36,345 nucleotides of DNA, taken from positions 1 through 36,345 of the forward strand of contig JAGXOR010000002.1 of NCBI GenBank assembly GCA_023659785.1. Reading direction: 5' to 3'. Source of the stretch: Methanomicrobia archaeon LH_S13 (lineage in GTDB: Archaea > Halobacteriota > Syntropharchaeia > Alkanophagales > Methanospirareceae). Below are positions 17,112 to 24,214 of this stretch, one piece after another (the stretch's first letter is position 1; each line of letters begins with the position of its first letter). The translations under genes and the position numbers were made by a program. The notes beneath the pieces are model-generated. The model did not search any database. It worked only from the letters and a program-made list of their open reading frames with translations, and had not been told where the DNA came from.

Positions 17112-17774
17112 TTATTCCAGCCTTTTTAGTATCGGTCTGTCCGCCCTTAACCTATTGTGACGAAAAAAAGCTTCCTTTATCCCCTCCCTTACCACATCGT
17201 ACACTGCACTTCCTAATCTCGTTGCCTTACCTGCAAATACCTCCTCCTTTGCTTCTGCGAACTGCAAAGCGTTTTTGATAAAACTTTTCCTAAAAGTTTT
17301 ACAGGCAACAACCACGGAATCAGTAGAATCACCTGTGAACAGGTCACCCTGCTCATCTCGCACATCAAGGTCAAATAAAGCAGCTGTTTTCGCTTCCGTC
17401 GCTACAATTATCATATTCACCATCGCAGATTGAGACAGGTCCTTTTCTATCAATAAAATTATGTTTATCGTTGATTTTGAAGGTGGCATACCAGCAGTTA
17501 TAACAGCCATTATACCTTCTTTCTTTAGAATCACCGCATTCTCCATTGACACCGCAGTCATCATTCCGACCACCTTTTCCCGTTCTAATTTTTTTTCCTC
17601 GATGAACGAATTAAAGACCGCAAAAGCATCGCCATGGAAATCCTCGCTCACATTCAAGTTTATTATCGTGCTGCTTGTCTTGACAAAACCACCGTTATAG
17701 ACCGCGGAACTCAAAACTTTGAAATCGCCATGCACCGCAATATATCTCGCCGCTCTTTCTATCTCTATTTCCAT
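17112..17774 (-). CDS. cbiZ: Adenosylcobinamide amidohydrolase
   Basis: The protein is 220 aa: LSSAVYNGGF…MMTAVSMENA…IIVATEAKTAALFDLDVRD…FTGDSTDSVVVA, the CbiZ family pattern. An RBS aaggag lies upstream. Confidence 0.8.
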   Translation of the reverse strand: MEIEIERAARYIAVHGDFKVLSSAVYNGGFVKTSSTIINLNVSEDFHGDAFAVFNSFIEEKKLEREKVVGMMTAVSMENAVILKKEGIMAVITAGMPPSKSTINIILLIEKDLSQSAMVNMIIVATEAKTAALFDLDVRDEQGDLFTGDSTDSVVVACKTFRKSFIKNALQFAEAKEEVFAGKATRLGSAVYDVVREGIKEAFFRHNRLRADRPILKRLE

Positions 17775-17810
17775 ACCATGCTCCTTTTATAACCACAGAT
17801 TACACAGATT

Positions 17811-18683
17811 TTAATTGTTTTGATTTTTGGATTCTTCCTTCCTCACTGAAAACCTTATATATGAAGGCAAGCCAAAGGAGGTGCAATCTCTCACCAAGAA
17901 CCCATGCTTCAAAAGCACTCTTTTCGCTTCTTTTGCTTTTCCATTCACCACATTCAGGATATAAAAATTAGCATCCTCTTCTGTGCAAACACGGTAACAC
18001 TCCAGGGAGCTTTTACTTTCCTCATCTCCCTTATGTTCTCCTCTAACGAAATCGCATATCCAAGTCTTATCCCCGGAATTGCATAAGATTTTGTCATAGA
18101 CCTTAAAATAACTAAATTTTGAGTTGAAAAAACATGCGATGGAAAAGCATTTCTTACAAAATCCACATACGCTTCGTCAATCACTAACAATGCATCAGCT
18201 CTCTCTGCTTCTTCTATTATCAGCTCCGTTTTCCTCTACAATTAGCGCAGGATATATTCGCAGACCAGGCATTTCTATTCGTTTGATTTCGGCACTAATC
18301 ATCTGCACTGCAACCCCATATTCTCCATAAGTGTGCTTCAGCATTAGCACCCTATCTTTTACAAAGGAGAGAGCTACAAGTTGTATTAGTTCAGAAACAC
18401 CAGCTCCTACTAACACTTCCTCCTCCTTGCATCCAAATCTTTTTGATATCTTCTCCCTCAATCCTTTGGATTCTGTGTCCGGATACATTTTTATTTCTGT
18501 CATCGCTTCTTTTATCGCAGTGAAAACAAAATCCGGAGGTCCATAAGGGTTTAAATTTACACTGAAGTCTATTACTCCCTTCACTTCATCTTTGTCCACT
18601 TCATCTTTACCCACTTTCCCTCCATGCTCACAAATTTCTATCCCATGTAAAGGTTTTCTTGGTTTCAATTTAGCCAGCTCCAT
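17811..18683 (-). pseudogene. cobD: L-threonine-O-3-phosphate decarboxylase (class I/II aminotransferase fold), broken into three frames
   Basis: Fragment 1 (18195..18683) has EHGGK…IDFSVNLNPYGPP…VGAGVSELI…KHTYGEYG. Fragment 2 (17954..about 18215) has [24 protein letters not shown]…[17 protein letters not shown]…APWSV. Fragment 3 (17811..about 17960) has [10 protein letters not shown]…[28 protein letters not shown]. No NPNNPTG-type segment is visible. The total is ~290 codons. Confidence 0.75.
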
Positions 18684-19597
18684 CCAGCAAAATAGAGAAT
18701 AGCCATGAGCACGATGCAGACAAAAGCGAAGAGAAAAGAGCTTATTTTTGCAATTCTTATTGATTCTCCTATATCCTCACTTCTCGCACCTTCAAAGTAT
18801 TCTCCCACGATGTACTGTCCAACCTTCTCCAGCTTCACTTTTAACGCACGGCTCATTGCCACTATTGTCAAAGGGGCAGTTTTGTTGTTCTCATAACCAC
18901 GATTTCTCAAATCCCCCTGTTTTGAACCACTCAGCAACAGGATCAATCCAGCTGCAATCTTCTCCGGTATGTAATTCATCACCTCATCGGCTTTCGCAGA
19001 GAACCAGCCAAAATGCTCGTATCTCCTGTTTTTATACCCGACAACCGCATCTAACGTATTTATCACTCGATAAACCATAGCACCAAAAACGCCGAATAAC
19101 GCGAAATATAAGAAAGGGGCTATGACGGAATCGGTCGTATTCTCAGCCACTGATTCTATGGCTGCAGAATCGAGGTGTTCCTCATCCAAATCCACTATTT
19201 CTCTACTGACTGTCTTTCCTACCGCTTCTCTCTTCTCTTCCAAGTTCCCTGCTTCCATCGTTTTTTTCCCGTATCTTTCCAATCCTTTTATTGTGAATGT
19301 CATTTTGAAAATGAGCGAGCCTAAAATAACGTATAAAAGTTCAGAATGTATAAACAGAAGCATTAAACAGGGTAAGCCAAAAATAGAGATTGTAAGCATT
19401 GCATACACCGCTCCGAGAATTTCTTCCTTTCTTACATTCCCCCTCTTCGTTATTGTATCAAACAAGCGCATTAGCCTGCTTATCCATACAATCGGGTAAT
19501 ACTTTTCCCTTCTCTCAGGGGGGTCGCCTACGGTCACGTCTATGAGTATAGCGATTATAAAAATAGCCAGATGAGCAAAAAGCAAATCTATTTGCAT
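18665..19597 (-). CDS. cbiB: Adenosylcobinamide-phosphate synthase
   Basis: A 310-aa membrane protein with LDSAAIESVAENTTDSVIAPFLYFALFG and NTLDAVVGYKN…FGWFSAKADEVMNYIP, the CbiB/CobD-membrane family pattern. It begins 2 nt after the permease stop. Confidence 0.8.
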   Translation of the reverse strand: MQIDLLFAHLAIFIIAILIDVTVGDPPERREKYYPIVWISRLMRLFDTITKRGNVRKEEILGAVYAMLTISIFGLPCLMLLFIHSELLYVILGSLIFKMTFTIKGLERYGKKTMEAGNLEEKREAVGKTVSREIVDLDEEHLDSAAIESVAENTTDSVIAPFLYFALFGVFGAMVYRVINTLDAVVGYKNRRYEHFGWFSAKADEVMNYIPEKIAAGLILLLSGSKQGDLRNRGYENNKTAPLTIVAMSRALKVKLEKVGQYIVGEYFEGARSEDIGESIRIAKISSFLFAFVCIVLMAILYFAGWSWLN

Positions 19598-19599
19598 TC

Positions 19600-20646
19600 T
19601 TACACGTAATAATGTCCTCCTTTCCTTTTCTTAAGCAGATAAATAAAGAAGGGAGCGCCGAAGAATGCAGTGATTATCCCTACTGGCATTTCGCCCAATA
19701 AACGAGCCAATGCATCTGTCCACACCAGAAAAATCCCACCTACCAAAGCAGAGGCAGGAAACAGAATTCGATGGTCTGGTCCAACTAATATCCTCGTTAT
19801 GTGTGGAATTATCAAGCCAACGAAGCCAATTGTTCCCACGAAACATACCGCAGCAGCGGTAATGAACGCCGTAAGAATCAGCAGGATTTTCTTCACATTT
19901 TCTACATTTATACCCAGTGTTTGCGCTGATTCTTCGCCGAGCAGCATTGCATTCAGATCCTTTGCAAAAAGGTAAATCAAAGAGAAGCAAACAAATATTG
20001 GTAAAATTGCTATTTCCACCTGTGCCCAGTTGGCAAGCCAGAATCCGCCCATCAACCAGAAAAAGATACCCGCCAAGTCATGACTGACTCGGTACATCAT
20101 GAAGGATAAAACAGCGCTTAAGAATAACGATACTGCTATTCCCGTAAGTAACAAAGTATCCACAGGTATTCTTCCCCCTACTCGCGCAATGCTGTAAACC
20201 AAAAAAGTGGCGAACACTGCACCCAGGAAAGCCATGAACGGAGTAGTGTAAATCGAGAAGAAATGCGGAAGTAAAGTTATCGAGAGAACAGCCCCAACAG
20301 CCGCTCCAGAGGCTATTCCTATTATGTACGGGTCTGCCATCGGGTTTTTAAATAGTCCCTGCAGCGTTGTACCTGCCGTTGCCAGTGCGAGACCGACCAA
20401 CAATCCAAGAAATATCCGCGGCAGTCTTATCTGTAAAATTATTACTTCATACTTATCTGGAATAGAAGAAGCCGCCCAGAGATGAAGTTTACTTCCTGCT
20501 AAAACGACAATGTCCAGCGGCGGTACATAAACAGGTCCGATTGCCGTTGTCAGCACGATACTCACGCCTAAAATCGCAACTAAGTAAATTATCACCATCT
20601 TCCAGTGGATAAACTTATTGAGATATGCGGTTTTTTGTTTTACCAT
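19600..20646 (-). CDS. FecCD/BtuC-family ABC transporter permease (corrinoid/iron-chelate type)
   Basis: The protein has about 9-10 transmembrane segments and the signature GTIGFVGLIIPHITRIL, plus ADPYIIGIASGAA. No ATPase gene follows it. Confidence 0.85.
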   Translation of the reverse strand: MVKQKTAYLNKFIHWKMVIIYLVAILGVSIVLTTAIGPVYVPPLDIVVLAGSKLHLWAASSIPDKYEVIILQIRLPRIFLGLLVGLALATAGTTLQGLFKNPMADPYIIGIASGAAVGAVLSITLLPHFFSIYTTPFMAFLGAVFATFLVYSIARVGGRIPVDTLLLTGIAVSLFLSAVLSFMMYRVSHDLAGIFFWLMGGFWLANWAQVEIAILPIFVCFSLIYLFAKDLNAMLLGEESAQTLGINVENVKKILLILTAFITAAAVCFVGTIGFVGLIIPHITRILVGPDHRILFPASALVGGIFLVWTDALARLLGEMPVGIITAFFGAPFFIYLLKKRKGGHYYV

Positions 20647-20995
20647 TATTGTTCTCGTTCATCTGGCAGAATATCAATAAATTTCACCTTCCTCGGCGTT
20701 TCCCGTATCTCTTTTATCTCTGAATACAATGGGTGATAGGACACCACATACAGGTGCTTCATCGCTCTCGATACCGCATCAATTAATCTGGGTCGAGCGT
20801 AGCTTCGTAACCGCCAAGATATATCCTGTACGGATTTAGCTTCTCTAATTCCTTTACTATGTTCTCAAAGTTCCAATCAATATATCTCCTCTCTTCTGCA
20901 TAGATGTCGTATTCGTTTTTTTCATAGCCGTGCTTGTATACAAAGTATAACTTTCTTCTGTTTAAGTTAAGACACGGATTTATTTTCCAGTTCAC
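20647..20995 (-). pseudogene. Radical-SAM(-activase)-like remnant, frameshifted
   Basis: ORF 20783..20995 ends …YRIYLGGYEATLDPD* (a GGEPTL-like motif). The CxxxCxxC region is degenerate (CLNLNRRKLY). The +1 frame continues LIDAVSRAMKHLYVVSYHPLY…. Confidence 0.4.
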
Positions 20996-21650
20996 CTCCT
21001 TTTATATCCAAAAACCACATCCCTTTCACATGCACTTTTTCCAGTTCACCCACCTTTATCCTTCTCTTAAATATCGGTCCGTCAACTACAAAAGTATGAT
21101 ACTCCCCTGATTCGCCGGACAGATGGAAATTGTACTTTTTCAGCTCTTCGATAAAGGATTCGTCAAATCTCCTGCCCAACCATTCTTCTTTTATTCTCGT
21201 CGCAACTACTATTGCTTCAAAGCCTTCTGCTATGAACTCCTGCACTATATCCCCTGGGTCGAGACCCCAAAGAGGGATGATTGGTTCTATTTCAAGGTCG
21301 CTGCAAACCCCCTCTATCCATTTCCGGTGCTCAATCAGGTCAATATCGCCGAAAACGCCTCCTTCCACGTCATCAAGTTTTAATTCTTTCACAGCTTCTT
21401 TGAATTTACTCTCATAGCCCTCCCATGAAGCATTCCCCTGAACTATTGGTATTCCTATGGCTTCTGATTGAAGCTTCAGTAGAAAAGGGCGAGTTCCATG
21501 TGCTCTTTCCCTCTTCCCATCCTCATCTAGCAAATTCAAGAGATGCGATACATCAAACCCGTCAAGCATTGCTTTGTAACATGCTAAACTGCTGTCCTTT
21601 CCTCCACTCCAGGAACAGAAAACGCGCTTCTTTTCTTTCACTTCTTTCAT
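20967..21650 (-). CDS. dph6: PP-loop ATPase of the diphthine-ammonia ligase (Dph6/MJ0570) family
   Basis: VFCSWSGGKDSSLACYKA, FGDIDLIEHRKWIE and GESGEYHTFVVDGPIF are present. The protein is 227 aa. The start overlaps the stop of the binding-protein gene (ATGA). Confidence 0.75.
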   Translation of the reverse strand: MKEVKEKKRVFCSWSGGKDSSLACYKAMLDGFDVSHLLNLLDEDGKRERAHGTRPFLLKLQSEAIGIPIVQGNASWEGYESKFKEAVKELKLDDVEGGVFGDIDLIEHRKWIEGVCSDLEIEPIIPLWGLDPGDIVQEFIAEGFEAIVVATRIKEEWLGRRFDESFIEELKKYNFHLSGESGEYHTFVVDGPIFKRRIKVGELEKVHVKGMWFLDIKGGELENKSVS

Positions 21651-23155
21651 TTGTTTTTTAGACTGTTTTTTCTCAAAAGATACGTTACCGCCAGCAATCC
21701 AACAACCGCTAACACCGTTTCAAATCCTGGTGTTTCTACATTCAACTCTGTTTCTGCTGTGTCACTTATGCTATCTGCCATTGCTGTAACTTTCGCTTTG
21801 TATGTTGCAGGAGGTGCATTCTCTGGAATTGTAGGATGAATGGTATGGTTTATGGGAGGCTCTAAACCTTCTGTGGGAATAGAGTGATTATAATGCTTGC
21901 TAATCCCCATTGCTCCTACCTCTACTTTTGCTTGTATATCCCCATTCCATGTTACAGGAGCCCAATTAGCTGTAATTGTGTATTCTATAGTATCTCCTGG
22001 TTTAGCTGTTACAGTCTTTGGATTAATATCCACGGATAGAGATTGTAGTGTAGGGGTTGGTGTTGTAGCGGGAGTTGGTGTTGGTGCTGCAGTGGATAGA
22101 GGTGTTGGTGTTACAGTAGGCTCTGATGTTGGACTTGGTGTTGCTGTCGGTGTCGGACTTGTAGTAGTAATAGCAGGAGAAGGAGTGGCAGTAGGCACTT
22201 CGTCAGTAACATTGAAAAATTCAGATAGATTCCCATAAACAGTTTCCGTGGCGTTCACTATCCTCGGACCTGCTCGGGAGATAACATCCGCATCTATGGC
22301 ATAAACCCTATCATTTTTGACTGCTTTCACCACTTTCAGCCTCTCCTCACTTAGTATATATTTATAAGGCTCCGTTCCCGCTGCTCCATGCCCCACTGAG
22401 ACAATTATCACATCAGGATTCCGGTCTATGAACTCCTCCAGACTTACCGTGTGCCAATCTTTAATGTCAGAAAAGGCATTCTCTCCTCCTGCTATCTTTA
22501 TCAATTCATTTTGCACTGTGCCCCCGCCTGCAACCCAGATAGGGTCGTGCCAGGTAACCTGAGCAACTGTTGGTCTTTTTACATCCCTCGTTTTGTTTTT
22601 AATCTCTTCCATCCTTTGAGTCATATTTGCGACTAAAGCAGTGGCATTCGTCTCTTCCCCCGTTATTCTACCCACCAGCATTATATCGTCCATTATTTCA
22701 CTGATGTTTACAGGATTCAAGCCTACAACCGTTATGTTCAGCTCTTCTAACCTTCCAAAAGTTTCTTCTCCGTTCAACTCATCCCCAAGAACAAGGTCAG
22801 GGTCTAAGGCTACTACCTTTTCTATGCTCACCGTAGAAACACCGCCAACCACGGGCTTCTCTTCTGCCTCTTCTGGATAATTGCAGTATTCGGTTACGCC
22901 AACGACCCTATTGCCAGCGCCGATGGCAAACAATATTTCCGTATTGGTTGGCGATAACGAGATAATTCTTGCCGGTATCTCCTCAATGGTTACATTTCTA
23001 CCGAAGTCGTCGGTTATTGTGAGCCCCTGCGTTTCTGCCCTTACCGGTATTTGTAAAGAAGAGAAAGCGGTTGTAGCTGTTAAAACAATTGTTAGCGCTG
23101 CGATTATAGCTATCCATTTCTTCATTTCTTCATTCTTTATCTTTATTTTTATCAT
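21647..23155 (-). CDS. BtuF/FhuD-type (Peripla_BP_2) substrate-binding protein with Pro/Thr linker, Ig-like domain and PGF-CTERM anchor
   Basis: The binding domain shows ITDDFGRNVTIEEIPARIISLSPTNTEILFAIGAGNRVVGVTEYCNYP…ALDPDLVLG. The PT-rich linker is TATPSPAITTTSPTPTATPSPTSEPTVTPTP… (about nt 22045-22192). The terminal ETPGFETVLAVVGLLAVTYLLRKNSLKNK is an archaeosortase-type PGF-CTERM. An alternative start is MKKWIAII at 23125. Confidence 0.85.
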   Translation of the reverse strand: MIKIKIKNEEMKKWIAIIAALTIVLTATTAFSSLQIPVRAETQGLTITDDFGRNVTIEEIPARIISLSPTNTEILFAIGAGNRVVGVTEYCNYPEEAEEKPVVGGVSTVSIEKVVALDPDLVLGDELNGEETFGRLEELNITVVGLNPVNISEIMDDIMLVGRITGEETNATALVANMTQRMEEIKNKTRDVKRPTVAQVTWHDPIWVAGGGTVQNELIKIAGGENAFSDIKDWHTVSLEEFIDRNPDVIIVSVGHGAAGTEPYKYILSEERLKVVKAVKNDRVYAIDADVISRAGPRIVNATETVYGNLSEFFNVTDEVPTATPSPAITTTSPTPTATPSPTSEPTVTPTPLSTAAPTPTPATTPTPTLQSLSVDINPKTVTAKPGDTIEYTITANWAPVTWNGDIQAKVEVGAMGISKHYNHSIPTEGLEPPINHTIHPTIPENAPPATYKAKVTAMADSISDTAETELNVETPGFETVLAVVGLLAVTYLLRKNSLKNK

Positions 23156-23156
23156 T

Positions 23157-23513
23157 TTATTTTACACCCTCCGTCATGTTTGATGGCACATATATCATCC
23201 CACCACCTCCTGTTTTATATATCCTTCCCACTTCACCCACAATTTCCTCCTGCACCGTCTCGTTCATCATATCCAGCTTTTCGATTCGTTCACCGCTTTT
23301 CACTATCACTTCCATGTTCTGCTGCCCCGGATTTTTGACAATGGTCATATCCGTCTGTGTTAAAACTTCGGGCATGCTGAGATACAGTAGCAGCATCACC
23401 ATCAACCCAAGCGCAAACACCATCGCCACGTCGAACAGATTTGCAACGCCTGATAGTGGGTCATCGTCGTCGTCTCCTTCTCTTCTTTTTCCTTTCCTAT
23501 TCATGTATTTCAT
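23157..23513 (-). CDS. ExbD/TolR-like single-pass protein (archaeal DUF2149 type)
   Basis: An acidic N-terminus (GDDDDDPLSG) is followed by one transmembrane helix (VANLFDVAMVFALGLMVMLLLYL) and a small extracytoplasmic domain. The start overlaps the ExbB-like stop. Confidence 0.65.
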   Translation of the reverse strand: MKYMNRKGKRREGDDDDDPLSGVANLFDVAMVFALGLMVMLLLYLSMPEVLTQTDMTIVKNPGQQNMEVIVKSGERIEKLDMMNETVQEEIVGEVGRIYKTGGGGMIYVPSNMTEGVK

Positions 23514-24214
23514 CTTCTTTCTTCACCTCCGAAGAGCACTTCACAAATGTATTTTATATCGTTCATGTCATCGTTATACCATCGCCTTCTCATCGTATAA
23601 ACGATGTATGAAACGGCACCGATGAGCAACCCTACGACTGTGGTGCCAAATGCAATGATTAAATTGTTTGCAAGCGTATCCACATCGCCCCTCGTAAGTG
23701 CTAATAATGCAGGACCCATCGGTATCAGCGTTCCCATAAGCCCGAACATCGGACCAAGTCTGACCATCACCTTTGTTCGTTCAAGCCGCTTTGTGATGAA
23801 TGAATCGCATTTCTGCAGTAACTTCTCAAGATTTATTGAAAACATGTCCGGATTTTGAGATGTTTTCTCCTCTTTTTTGTCTTTAAGCGCTAAAAGACCG
23901 TCTAAAAAGAGATGTATAAACCGCTTCTTTAAGGTGCATTCCATGAGAATGCTGATTCCTTCATCAAATTTGCCTTTATCTATCAGCGTCTTTGTTTCAA
24001 GCACGCTTTTCTCAAGGTCTTTCGGTTTATTATCTCCTATCTTTAATTTTAATCTACCAGCTCTCGCAAGCCCTTCACATGAGAACATACCGATTTCAAT
24101 AACAATAAACGCAGTCATACCGAGCAATATGATAATTACAGGATATAGTAACGATGTCGAGACGAGGTATATCGCAGATTGAAGAATATATGGCAGATTC
24201 AGGCTAAGAATCAT
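23510..24214 (-). CDS. MotA/TolQ/ExbB-family proton-channel protein
   Basis: The core is RLGPMFGLMGTLIPMGPALLAL…LANNLIIAFGTTVVGLLIGAVSYIVY (MotA_ExbB). An N-terminal transmembrane helix and a cytoplasmic helical insert are also present. The start overlaps the upstream stop (ATGA). Confidence 0.85.
   Translation of the reverse strand: MILSLNLPYILQSAIYLVSTSLLYPVIIILLGMTAFIVIEIGMFSCEGLARAGRLKLKIGDNKPKDLEKSVLETKTLIDKGKFDEGISILMECTLKKRFIHLFLDGLLALKDKKEEKTSQNPDMFSINLEKLLQKCDSFITKRLERTKVMVRLGPMFGLMGTLIPMGPALLALTRGDVDTLANNLIIAFGTTVVGLLIGAVSYIVYTMRRRWYNDDMNDIKYICEVLFGGEERR

Noticed and set aside
21897-22238. A Gly/Val-rich 113-aa ORF (…GVGVVAGVGVGAAVDRGVGVTVG…) on the plus strand.
   Set aside because: It is the mirror image of the Pro/Thr-rich linker codons of the binding-protein gene on the minus strand, so it is a compositional artefact.
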